NCBI GenBank assembly: GCA_943788985.1
Contig: CALSSJ010000021.1
Location: 94,274-158,273 of the forward strand
Source of the DNA: an uncultured Lentisphaerales bacterium
Lineage (GTDB): Bacteria > Verrucomicrobiota > Lentisphaeria > JABSQK01 > UBA12247
Length of the DNA: 64,000 nucleotides
Reading direction: 5' to 3'
The translations under genes were made by a program, and so were the position numbers. Each line of letters opens with the position of its first letter. Position 1 is the first letter of the stretch. Under the pieces are notes generated by a model. The model did no database searches and was not told the origin of the DNA. It saw nothing but the letters and a program-made list of their open reading frames with translations. Positions 51,285-63,032 of this stretch are shown here, piece after piece.

Positions 51285-54149
51285 ATGACCCTGACACATC
51301 CGCCACCCTACTCCGCACGGCGACTTATCGCTATCGCGACTGTAGCGACCTGCTTCATATGCTTAGCCAACGCTGGCGAAAATACAAAGATGAGTCTCGG
51401 GCAAGCCCACGGCAGCATCGATCGTAACGTCACTCGCCTCGAATCACACGTAGAGCAATTGCGGTTGCACTTTGCCGCTGCCCTCCAGCAAGAGCAGCAG
51501 GCGTTCATCGAATCGCTCAACTCAAAGCTACCTCCTGGCGTTGGCGCACTCCGCGTCAAAGAAGCCCGCGGCCAGGTTGAACAGGTCACTGAGCAGCTCG
51601 ATGAAGCCGAAGAGGCCCTCGAAAAAGCCATCGCCCGCCGCAACGTTCTCGAAGGCCAACTCAAGCTCAAAGTGGACAAAGAGCGCACCGTCGCCCGCAT
51701 CGTCGTCAAGTCCGAAACCGATGAACTCGAGCAGGAAGAAGCCGCAAGGCAAGCAGTGCTGGCACAGAAACGTGCACTAGAGGAGCAGGCCCGCTTGGAG
51801 AGCAAGGAAGGCACTCGTGAGAGTGCCAAGGACGACGCCTGGCGCGCCGTTTTGGCTGCCACTCTCGCGGCCCCACCTGTTGATCGCGGGACGCCCTCGC
51901 CCCGGCTCGAAGACGTCCAACAACAAACCCCTGAAGAAGCCAAGTCGCAAGACACGACCGAAGCAGAAATGCGCAGCCTGCGCGCTGAGACCAAACGCCA
52001 AGCTCACGAGATGGAATTGCGCCACTCAGCCGCCGCTTCAGAACGCACGCAATCCGCCCAAACCAAGGCGTCCCGCATGGCCGCGCAGGATAAGTACCTC
52101 CGCCAGTTCCGCGAGCACGACGCTGACGCCCGACGCTTCGCCCTGCGCAATCTGGCCGTGGAGCGCAAGGCTCAGGTCGACCCGAACGCCGCACTCACCA
52201 TGGTCCGTGAGGATCACGAAGAAGAACTGCGTCAGCGAGCTCTCATTGCGAATCAACTCACGACTGAGCCTGCCGCTCCCAAAGTCAGCAACTCAGCCAC
52301 ACCAGCCGGCTGGAAAACCGACCTCCCTGCAGACGCCTTTCGTTACGTCAAGTCGATCCGCATGAAGGGCGAGTGCGACGTCCGCACCCAAGACGGCTTC
52401 GTGCCCATCGAAATTGGCCAAGAATATCCCCTCGGATCCTTCGTCAGAACAGGCAACCACTCTTTCGTAGACCTCGAGTTCATCCCCAACAGCTGGTTCC
52501 GAGTTCAGCCTAACACCACGGTCGAAATCACGGAGGGCTCCACAAACTCCAAGCGGAAGACTCTCTACCTTCACCGCGGCACCATGCGGGTGGAGCTTGA
52601 TACCCTGCCCGAGAGCCACTATGTCGACGTCGAAACTCGTAGCGTTGCCGCCAGTGCCCGCGACGCACGCTTTACCATCAGCTACGAGGACGACGGCGCT
52701 GGCCTCCCTCATCATCTGAAGGTCCAGCCACGGGCGCATCGCTTCATCTGCGACCTCGGCGAAGTTGAAATCGCAGCCCGCCATGAGCGGCCCGACGGCC
52801 GCAAATCCTTTGGGGACAGCATGGTGATTCGCATCGGCGCCGGCTCCTCGTTTTCAGGTGTTCTGCAAGACAGTCCCGGCAGCTACGCCGCGGAGTTGAT
52901 TGTCGACAAAGGCCAGATTTCAATCCTGCATGGCGATCACACCGGTCCTCGCGCAACCGTCAGCGGTGACGGTGAACCTTCAGAGCTCGCGATCGCTACG
53001 ATTCGCGGCACCACAGTTCCCGCCTTTGGCGTAGATGTCCGCACCGGTGCCGCCACCTTCGCCTTCCGCGACGGCGACGATCCTACCACCAGCCTAGAAC
53101 GTCGCCACGGCGCCGTAATTGTCACCAGAAGCGGCTATATTCGCCACCACGAAGCCACCCAAATGATATCGTCTGCGCGGAACGCAGGCACAGCTTACGG
53201 AGACCTCCAGCAGCTCCGCCAAGTGAAAGCCACCGAACGTCGATTGGAATCGCAGACACGACGCGTTGAGCGCTCCATCGAACGACTTGCTAAATCAAAA
53301 GAAAGCGCAGATGTCGTCATTCTTAACACCGAAATTCTAGCAGCATCCGGCGGCTTGAGCTTTGAAGGCGAGCTTGATGAGTCCGAATGGTCGGCGCGCA
53401 ATGCCGAAGAGGCAAAACGCTATGCGGTAAAAATGGCCGGCGAGGCAGAGCGTCAAGCCGAAGTCCTCGAGCGCGAAGCAGAGCTGTCAGAAGCTGCCAA
53501 TCGTCACCGCCTGTTAGTCCAAGAAGAAGACCGCCGTCGCGCATCTTCGGAAGCTGCCGAGATTGCCCGCATGGAGCAGGAACGACAGATGGCTGAGTTT
53601 CAGAGAGATAAGACCCGCTTCCTCAAACGTTATAACAATTCACGCGAACGCGAGCGCGAACGGATGGCTCGCAAGTCTGCCGTCTATCGCCAACAGATGG
53701 AGAACTACCTTGCAGATTCAGAGAAGCGCAAGAAGCGCCGCGAGGAACTCGACACCTACGAGCGCGAAGTCGATATGTCCAAACTACGGGCGATGGAGTC
53801 TGCCGCCCGCGAGCGAATTTCCAAGGAGAGTCGAGAGAACGGTCTTGATGATCGCAAGGAAATCCTCAAGGACGAGTTGGCCAAGCTGGACCTCCAACGG
53901 CGCGATCTGAGCAACTCCCGTCATCATGCCCTCCAAGAGCAGGAGGATGCCCGCCTCCGCTATGAGGCACAGAAAGCCAAGTATCTCGAACGAGTCCACA
54001 GAGAGCGTGACCGCGATGAAGATCAACGCTTGCGCCTTCAGGACCGCGAACTGGACAAGTTCCGCCGCGACGAAGAGCGGCGCGGAGAAGCTGAGCTGCA
54101 GGAAGTTCGCCAGGATCAACGCAAGAAGGGCTGGCTCCCTTTCCTCTAG
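51285..54149 (+). CDS. Large exported protein: coiled coils flanking a FecR-like beta domain
   Basis: Signal peptide; central VRTGNHSFVDLEF...FRVQPNTTVEI...LHRGTMRV...VETRSVAASARDARF; E/R/K-rich helical C-terminal third. Confidence 0.65.
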   Translation: MTLTHPPPYSARRLIAIATVATCFICLANAGENTKMSLGQAHGSIDRNVTRLESHVEQLRLHFAAALQQEQQAFIESLNSKLPPGVGALRVKEARGQVEQVTEQLDEAEEALEKAIARRNVLEGQLKLKVDKERTVARIVVKSETDELEQEEAARQAVLAQKRALEEQARLESKEGTRESAKDDAWRAVLAATLAAPPVDRGTPSPRLEDVQQQTPEEAKSQDTTEAEMRSLRAETKRQAHEMELRHSAAASERTQSAQTKASRMAAQDKYLRQFREHDADARRFALRNLAVERKAQVDPNAALTMVREDHEEELRQRALIANQLTTEPAAPKVSNSATPAGWKTDLPADAFRYVKSIRMKGECDVRTQDGFVPIEIGQEYPLGSFVRTGNHSFVDLEFIPNSWFRVQPNTTVEITEGSTNSKRKTLYLHRGTMRVELDTLPESHYVDVETRSVAASARDARFTISYEDDGAGLPHHLKVQPRAHRFICDLGEVEIAARHERPDGRKSFGDSMVIRIGAGSSFSGVLQDSPGSYAAELIVDKGQISILHGDHTGPRATVSGDGEPSELAIATIRGTTVPAFGVDVRTGAATFAFRDGDDPTTSLERRHGAVIVTRSGYIRHHEATQMISSARNAGTAYGDLQQLRQVKATERRLESQTRRVERSIERLAKSKESADVVILNTEILAASGGLSFEGELDESEWSARNAEEAKRYAVKMAGEAERQAEVLEREAELSEAANRHRLLVQEEDRRRASSEAAEIARMEQERQMAEFQRDKTRFLKRYNNSRERERERMARKSAVYRQQMENYLADSEKRKKRREELDTYEREVDMSKLRAMESAARERISKESRENGLDDRKEILKDELAKLDLQRRDLSNSRHHALQEQEDARLRYEAQKAKYLERVHRERDRDEDQRLRLQDRELDKFRRDEERRGEAELQEVRQDQRKKGWLPFL

Positions 54150-54317
54150 TACTACCTCTCGCGAGAACTGATTGATTTCCCCTTCTCAAGCAACCTTCGC
54201 CGGAGTCACCGAGTCAGATACATTGCCTCACGATCCAGAGAAGCACCTCTGATTCACCGGGTATCGGCTGACCGGCCCCTTCTCCGTCCTCCTAATACCC
54301 TCTTACTTGGAGTTCCC

Positions 54318-55061
54318 ATGGCTCGTTTTCTCCTGATCACAGCTTTTATTCCTCTCCTGGCATTCTCGCAAACCCTGACCTTCACCGATGGAAGCTCGCA
54401 CGATTTCGGCGAAATCACTGATAAGGAAAAGGTTTCGCACGATGTGAAATTCAAAAACTCCGGTGACCAAAAACTGATTATCTCCTCCGTCAAGGCGTCC
54501 TGTGGCTGCACGACAGGGAAGCTCGACAAGAAGGAATACGAACCGGGCGAAGAAGGATCTGTCACCCTAACATTCAACCCGCGCGGCAAGTACAACAAGC
54601 AAACGAAAAACCTCACCTTCAACACCAATGACCCGGAGAAAAAAAGCCAGGTTTTCCCTTTCACAGCCTTCATCAAGACGGACTTCATGGTCAATGGACG
54701 CTTCATGTTCCGCTACGAAAATGATGCCTTCACCTCAGACACAGCTTCGGTAAAGTTGCAGAACAACACCGCCTCTCCGATCTCAGTCGACAACATCCAG
54801 GTGCGGAATGCGCTGGCGGAATACCTGACAGTGGTGGATGCCCCGCCGCTGTCTGTACCTGCCAAAGGCACCATCGCCATTAAGCTCAAGATTGATTCCG
54901 AGTACGCGCCCGTACGTACCGCCTACACCACCACCAATCTCACGATCACAGTCAACGGCAAGAGCACGACAAAGCCAGTCACGACACAAATCATCGTTCC
55001 CAAGCCGCCAGCAACACCTAAGTCGGCAGTGCCTCCCAAGCCAACGCCCGCCAAGCAATAG
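54318..55061 (+). CDS. DUF1573-family Ig-like exported protein
   Basis: HDFGEI...FKNSGDQKLIISSVKASCGCT...EPGEEGSV. Confidence 0.85.
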   Translation: MARFLLITAFIPLLAFSQTLTFTDGSSHDFGEITDKEKVSHDVKFKNSGDQKLIISSVKASCGCTTGKLDKKEYEPGEEGSVTLTFNPRGKYNKQTKNLTFNTNDPEKKSQVFPFTAFIKTDFMVNGRFMFRYENDAFTSDTASVKLQNNTASPISVDNIQVRNALAEYLTVVDAPPLSVPAKGTIAIKLKIDSEYAPVRTAYTTTNLTITVNGKSTTKPVTTQIIVPKPPATPKSAVPPKPTPAKQ

Positions 55062-55090
55062 TTCGGGCTCCAGTGTTATCGTCCCCCCTT

Positions 55091-56379
55091 ATGCGGCGCT
55101 GCTGCCTTGCACTCGCGATTTGTTGCGGGATCGCGCACGCTGACGAGCCCCCCCCGCCCGATCATCGCGCAGGGGATCTGGGCGTCTGGCACGTGGCCCA
55201 CCTCGAGCCCACCCCACAGCTCGAAGCGGAGTACTCCGACCCGATTTGAAGTTCAGAAAATCTATGACCTGCTGTACGATAACAAGATTACCGGTCAGCG
55301 ATTTCTTGACTTCTTCTGGGCCCCAACCCGACCACTCCGGTCCACAAGCGGATCGAGCGCCTCGAGAGACGCTGGCGCAACGCCAGCCACAAACCTCTCA
55401 TCTACCGCCAGGCAATCCTGCGCCAAGGCAATGAGTTTCAACTTGGCTGGTGGGCCTTCCTCGTCGTTACCTACGAACGACACGATGCGGACAATCCCGC
55501 CACAGCAGACATCATCTTTGCCCGTTCTGATGCTGGCAGCACACGCTTCATGGTCGAGCCGCTGGACGTGGCCTTGCGCGATAGTCTGTTGTCAGATGGC
55601 CTGCAGTACATTGACCACCGTCACCTTCGCGAGAGCCGTAATATCCGCGAGCTTGAACGCGCACGTGCCAAGAAAAAGCGCATTGCAGCGCGACGCAAGC
55701 TGGTCAATGAAACTTACGGCGGACTGATTCAGCACTACCGCGAGAACGAATCAGAGCCTGGCTTGATCATGGCGGCCGAGGAGGAGTTCAGCATGCAGCG
55801 CGCTGGCGCAATTCCACGCTCCTTCCCACAGCTGCGCCGCCACTACGGAATCAGCCTTCACGCGCCGCCCGTCTATTTCTCCTGTAATGCGATCTGGACT
55901 GTGGATGTCAAGACCTCAATCGGAGTTCTCGAGCTTTATCTAGCCTCCTTGTACACGGGCGAGCGCAAGTACTACATTGCCGCAGGTGACGATACGATTC
56001 GACGCCAACTGACCACTGCCGACGAGCAGAACCAGAAACTTGCGGGCATGTGGCCCTATGGCAAGGAGCAGACCCGGATTACCGTACTCGGGATGGGCAA
56101 AGTAAAGAGCACATTCGATGGCATTCCTCGCGACTATCTCTTCTTCCTCGGTCCGCGCTCAGTCCCCGGATGATCCCTACAATAAGTCACTCGCCTACGA
56201 TGTGCACTTCCTGCGCGAGACCGCGCTGGGGCTACCGAGTCACTACCGAGCCAGAGCATTTGCTCGCTGCCCGGATCTTTACCACCGCTGGCCTCTCGCT
56301 TCCAAGCGGCCCAGCCAAGGATGTGCTTGAAAATCTAAGCGAGAGCAGCCTGCCCCCGTCCTTCGGCAAGCTCGACTGA
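55091..56379 (+). CDS. Hypothetical protein, frameshifted; core ORF 55550-56173, ends approximate
   Basis: Overlapping protein-like frames with coding-like codon usage from about 55.1 kb to 56379. No recognised motif. Confidence 0.45.
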
Positions 56380-56926
56380 ACATAGTCAGGCCGACGAGCA
56401 CAAGAGCAGAGTCGGAATTGGGGTAAAGATGGAGTGGTTTACGGTGCAGTGTCTGGACGCACCCACCTCTATAATTGCCCCCTATCGGTCCATTGCTCCT
56501 GAGCACCCAGCTGCCGTCTTGCCAACACGCCCAAAATACGTTCTGCCACGCACGATCAACGCCGCGACAGCTGCGTCAATAACTCGGCCCAGATGACAGG
56601 CAGCTACCGGCCCCCCGCCTCTCCCAGATGCATGCCGGCAAGCGCACCGCCGCAGTACCAGTCCAGAACCGCTTTCCCCGTAACCAACCCTGCATGCCAA
56701 TCTCCAGCGCCAGTGCGAACTCCGCATCTGTAGCGCACAGGACAGTGCGAGGCCATGCGCCTGTCCCCAAGAGGCCGCAGAGACCGAAGCGAAGCCCGTT
56801 GCTCCACAGCGGCAGCAGTACACCACCCCACGCACCTAATACAAGAACACCAAAAGAACATTTCATGGACAACTGCAGCTAAAGGACACAAAGGCCCCGT
56901 CCTACTTTTTCCCCCTTTTCCTCTTC

Positions 56927-58369
56927 TTAAGGGTGGGAGCCTTGTTGGCGATAATCCTCTCTTCTGTCTCTATCGGGCTCGCATCGCCGACCTGGCTCAG
57001 GCGCGCTCGGAGGTCCCTTCTTCAGTCGGCTAACGACAGTGCGATACTCTGGGTTATCGATCTCGTTCTTGAGCTCGTAAGGATCGTTTTGGCGATTGTA
57101 GAGCTCGTATTCCTGACGATGATACAATTTATGTACCAGAGCTTTGGTGCCGGGCTCCTTGCGTGCCAACTTCACCCACGACGCGCCAATGCCCGTGCCC
57201 TGCTGGCTCGGGTCTCCCAGCATGCGCTTGGCGACACTGAGCGTGACATTGGAAGTCTGCGAGCCGTGATTCGGGTTGTAGATCAGCGAAAAGGACTTGT
57301 CCCGAATCACCCGGATCGGATAAACGCGCTCCCGATTGTCGATGATGTTGCAGTTGGTGAAGGCGCCATAGACATAGTCATGCAAGACCTGCCGTCCTCG
57401 CCCCGAAGAGTCTTGAGCAAGCTTTTGCCATCAAAGTCGCCTGCCGCAATGCTGCCGCCTGCCACTTCTACCAACGTGGGGGCGATGTCCGCAGTGGCGA
57501 TCAGTTCCGTACAAGTCGCCCCTGGCTTGGTCATGCCGCTCCAATGCGCCACGATGCCCGTATGCAGGCCGTTGTCGTAGCAGGTCCATTTGGCGAATGG
57601 GAGTTTGCGTGCCTTGTTCGCTACAGACAATGAACAGCCGTATTCTGCCACAGCTTTCGCGATTCAAGTTCGCCCCGAATTATTCCCACCAGCACATCGA
57701 AGTTGCTGACTTCAGCGTAGTACTTCACCAGCTCGGCTCGCAGCTCTGGCGTGTCCAGCCAATACGGTGGTACTATCAACGAGTCGGCGTCATAGGCGCT
57801 GCGATCACCAGTAGTGAACGGCGCGTGCGAGTCGTTCGACGCGATAAACAGGGCAGAAGGGCTTATTCTCGCTTTGGCATGAGTCGAGAAAGGCCCGAGT
57901 CTCCTCCAGATAATGCTGATTCTGGTCCTGTGACTTATTGCGGCCAGCAATATACTCGAAGGGGTAGGCCTGCTTGGGCCCGACATGTGACTTACCAAGC
58001 AGGGCCACGCGATAACCGAGCGGCTTGAGATAGTGCGGAATGCTCTTGGTATCTGGCTTTGATTTTCGAGTGATTGTGTAGCGTCCCGGTCCGCCAAGGC
58101 GAGCGACCACTGTAGAGTTCCTGACGAAATGGCGCACACATCGCCACCGAGCAGTACGCCCGATCAAAGCGCAGGCCATCACTGGCTAGTTTATCGATAT
58201 TTGGGGTTTTGCAGTCGGTATTGCCGTAAGTCCCCCAGCTATCTCGGTTCATATCATCGGCGAGCAAGAAAACGACATTGGGCTTCCCTTGCGCACACTG
58301 AGCCAGGACTGCAAAGACTAGGAAAACCCCGATCTTGATTGAGGGCGGTAGCCGAGTAAGTGTGGACAT
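56927..58369 (-). CDS. Cys-type sulfatase (N-sulfoglucosamine sulfohydrolase-like); several frameshifts
   Basis: PNVVFLLADD, TPNIDKLASDG, CAPFR, GYRVALLGKSHV, SHAPF, AKWTCYDNG, DIAPT and YELYNRQNDPYELKN. Confidence 0.88.
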
Positions 58370-58441
58370 GAGATCTCCTGTGGAGGCGGTGAAAAGGAAT
58401 ACCCTACTTCTTATCGCGCGGCTTCTTCTTAGGCCCACCGC

Positions 58442-59869
58442 TTATTGGCTCGCTTCCGCCGCCAGGTGGGCCTCAGGATCGAGCCAACAGGTCATAACTA
58501 CCTCGCTTGGCATTCTGCCGACCACTAGGCCTTTTTCGAAAAGCACTTCATCGGCCAAACGCATGTCTCTGAGAGAAGTGGTGCCGCCCAAACGGAGCCA
58601 GTGGTCAAGTGAATTTCGGGCGCGCGTGCAGCAAAAACTGGGCAGCGCCTTCCACGCGGGATCCGCCTTCCCCCAAACTGACAATGGCCTGGAAGAACGC
58701 TCCGGCTGAGCGACGTGGTGGTGTAGAGCCGCTGGCCGTTGTAAAAGGCATTGAAAACGTAGGCATACCTGTGGGTTAGCGCTGTCCGCATATTGTATTG
58801 GCCATTCCCATTCTTCGCATAGAACTGGGTAAAGAAGACATCGCCGCGGTCTGCTAGATCTTTTCCGGCAAACGCTGGGCAACAGGCTCACTCCCGTCGA
58901 ATCCACCCGCGGAATTTGATCCCCGCCACGTCCAGCAGCGTCGGGAAAATATCCATCGTCGAGACAAAGTTGCGTGTGTCGACAGTGCCCGGTGTGATCT
59001 TCCCCGGCCAGCGCACAATGGTCGGCGTACGCGTACTGTTAGGATACGCATTTCCCTTGGCCGACGGGGCGCTCATCCCATGATCAGCGAGAAAGAAGAC
59101 AATCGTATTTTGGGCGATCTTCCTGACCTCCAGCAGGTCGATCAGACGGCAGCAACATAATCGCAACGCCGTACGGAACAGTAGTAGTCAGCCAATTCTC
59201 CGCGCACTTCAGGCGTGTCCGGTACGAACTCGGGCACGAAAACTTCAGCCGGTGGAAGATAGGCCCGAGGTGTGACCATGCCGGTTTTCCTTTACGACTG
59301 CTCAGTTCCTGGCCTGCCGACGAGTGCGTATGGTATGGCTGATGTGGGTAGTGCGAATTCACAACCAGATAGAATTGCCTTCCAGCTTTGGCTGCGTCTT
59401 CCATAAACGCGCCTGCCTCCTCCGTAAAACAACTCCGTGTTCCGGCCCATTTCCTCCCGCAGGTCCCACGGTGCATCTGGGTACGGCGTGCTGTGACTGA
59501 CTTTTTCAAGAATGCCCACGCGGTAACCGTTCCGGCTCGACGTGCGTGGGATCGTGGAAATGTCCGAGAGCGAAAATGATGAAACCCTTCACCGCCCGCT
59601 GCGATGCGGGAGCCGGCCGCTGTTGATCGCGTTCCGGGATGGCATACAGACCGTGGACGCCACATGTGCTTGTTCAAAGCGCATTCCCTGCCCTGCCAGC
59701 CGATCCAGACTTGGCGTAATCCCTTCCATTGGCGAGCCGAAACAGCCAACACTGTTCCAATTCATATCATCCGCTGTGATGACCAGAAAATTGAATCCTG
59801 CCTCTCGGCGGGCGCCCCCATCAAGGACCACGGCAGACACCATACCAAACAGAGCAACAACTGCTTCAT
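58442..59869 (-). CDS. Second Cys-type sulfatase; many frameshifts and possibly truncated (may be a pseudogene)
   Basis: GAGGAG RBS plus ATG 59869 with a signal peptide; NFLVITADD, TPSLDRLA, CMPSR, PHQPY, FLADHGM..P.AKGNAY and DIFPTLLD. Confidence 0.8.
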
Positions 59870-59903
59870 AGCTTCTCCTCGCAAGACTCGCGACATACTA
59901 AGT

Positions 59904-59929
59904 CGTAAGCGCTTTCAGTGCGCTGTCAA
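59904..59929 (-). promoter_or_regulatory. LacI-family-like operator next to a TTGACA -35 box upstream of the sulfatases
   Basis: Minus strand TTGACA (59929-59924) followed by near-palindrome TGAAAGCGCTTACG (59917-59904). Confidence 0.45.
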
Positions 59930-59949
59930 GATCGTTCGAATGCCAGGCC

Positions 59950-60533
59950 AATCCTTGTTCAATTTGCTAGACCCTCACCAGCTAGCTTTCCGCGCCCAGC
60001 TTCTCCCCCGCATCAAACGATGCTTGGCTCCCCGGCATACCGGCCAGGGGTGCATAGCCGTGATCGGTGGCGTTCGCCTTCTCTGTCGGCATGACAAATG
60101 TCGACAGCCCGGAAGATTACCATCGTTCCTTCAAAAACATCTTGCTTGATGTCGGTCCTCGCCCCCTCCCCTCCATGCAGGGGATTGTGTTGGAGCCCTG
60201 CGGTTTGTGCCAACGCTGAGCCTCTTTCCGTTAACCCCGTTAGATATCCGCCTCAGCGCTGCCGATTCGGTTCGTTATACGTTGCTCTCAATCCCGATTA
60301 TAGCGTCTCGCCTGGAAGCTCGCTGCCGAACGCGGGAATCGAGCGAACCGATGGACGGGTGTTTCGTAGCCAGCGACGGAAGTCGGGGGCGCCCTGCAAT
60401 TGCACCCCAACGCCGGAACCCGCGATAAGCGCTTGGGCCAACCTGCCTGCGCTTGTTCGAAAAGCCAAAGCGCTTGAAGTGCGCAAATTATAGATATGCC
60501 ACGGTGGACAAGAGTCTTGACATTTGCTGGCAT
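59950..60533 (-). pseudogene. Possible decayed LacI-type effector-binding domain
   Basis: Fragments AGRLAQALIAGSG, R.GGYLTGLTE.G and GLSTFVMPTEK occur in LacI-like order among stops and shifts. Weak evidence. Confidence 0.25.
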
Positions 60534-60599
60534 GCGACGAACCGGCTCAAAGAGCCAGGCGATCTGCGATTAGCCATGGGTTTCCTCCTACACTCCGGG

Positions 60600-60942
60600 G
60601 GCTGACTGAGTACATTGCATAGTACCAGATACACCTGTAACTACCCAGAGAGCTGAAAGGAATACGGAGGGGCCGTACGACTCTCCTGAGAAAAGAAGCT
60701 TCATGAGGCGTTGATAGATGCCGGAATCCAGGCAATTCCACAATATCCGGTTGCAGAACTTTTTCTTTATCTCGGTGTATTGTCCCCTATAAAACTGGAT
60801 ATTGAAGTTGATGAGAGGGGGTCACAGAAACCAATGAACAGATGATGAGCCATGGCTGGAAGATTTGCAGTTCTGGGTTTATCAGTTGAAGGAGGACATG
60901 GATGGCTGCGTCGCAAAGGTACTTCGTCTACTCTCGGAATAG
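60600..60942 (+). pseudogene. DUF559 (Vsr-like endonuclease) domain remnant, as found at the C-terminus of SF1 helicases
   Basis: YDSP/EKKLHEALIDAGIQAIPQYPVA...KLDIEVD.../HGWKI/FWVYQLKEDMDGCVAKVLRLLSE*, in a locally AT-richer stretch. Confidence 0.65.
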
Positions 60943-61099
60943 GTGTCTGCCAGGAAATAGCCGCCTCTCTGCCGGGTATCGCAAATGCAGGCGGTCTGTG
61001 AATACCAAGTCTAAGCCTCGATGTGGCGATTGACGCAGCAAAAGCGGGCCGGGACGCTGTATGGTTAGGGAACAGCGGATCGGACGCCGGGATGACACG

Positions 61100-62115
<1,016 letters not shown>

Positions 62116-62125
62116 GGGCACTGTA

Positions 62126-63032
62126 ATGAATGATATGGCCCGGTGGCCTTGCCCCCGCCCGACTGGCGCGTATCGAGCGTTCGAAGTCCTGGCCCATCGG
62201 GTGGTCGAAGGCTTCATGACGGGCCTGCATCGCTCTCCGTTCAAGGGGTTTGCGATCGAGTTCGATGAGCATCGCCCCTATTCACCCCGCGATGACCCCA
62301 AGCATGTGGATTGGCGGCTGGTGGGCAAACTGGATCGCCTGTATGTGAAGCAGTACGAGGAGGACACCTCGCTGCGGGCCTGCCTGGCTCTGGACTGCAC
62401 GGGGTCAATGGGCTATGCCAGCGGCTCAGTCGCGAAGATCGAGTACGGGCGCTAGCGTCTGTGGAGTGTTCGCCTATCTGCTGAACCGACAACAGGACGC
62501 AGTGGGCTTTATGTCCTTCGACAGCGGCGAGCAGACCTTCCTGCCGCCGGCAGCGACGCGCAAGCACCTGATGGCGATTCTTGATCGACTCAAACAATGC
62601 CAAGCACCTGTCGGCACCCAGGGCCGGGCTGCTCTGGGAGACGTCTTTGAGCAGCTCTCGCATAGGCTCACGCGCCGCGCGCTAATCGTGATCGTCTCGG
62701 ACTTATTCGACGATGCCGAGGCGATCATCCGCGGGCTCACCCATTTTTCGCCAGCGCAAGCACGAGGTCATTCTGTTCCAGATTCTGGATCGGCAAGAGG
62801 CCACCTTTTCGTTTGCCGGGGTCACGCAGTTTCAATCGCGTGAGACAGGCGAGGCCTCGCTTGCGGATCCAGTTCGCCTGCCGCCGATCCTACATTGAGC
62901 AGTTCGAGGCCCATAACAGCCATCTTCGCGAAGCATGTCACCGGCTGCACATCGACTTTGTCCAAATGTTTACGGACGAGCCGTTTCAGCGCCAGATGGC
63001 CCAGTAATTTGTCCGCACGCTTGCGCCGATGA
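62126..63032 (+). CDS. DUF58 family protein; frameshifts, end approximate
   Basis: VVEGFMTGLHRSPFKGFAIEFDEHRPY...HVDWRL...YVKQYEEDT...DCTGSM and LIVIVSDLFD. Confidence 0.88.

Noticed and set aside
60426..60476. Additional AAGCGCTT cores as further LacI operators
   Set aside because: Only the 8-bp core matches, the flanks are not symmetric, and they lie in probable decayed coding sequence.
62453..62455. TAG readthrough in the DUF58 gene
   Set aside because: The downstream sequence continues in a different frame (ASVCGVFAYLL), so this is an indel rather than an in-frame stop.
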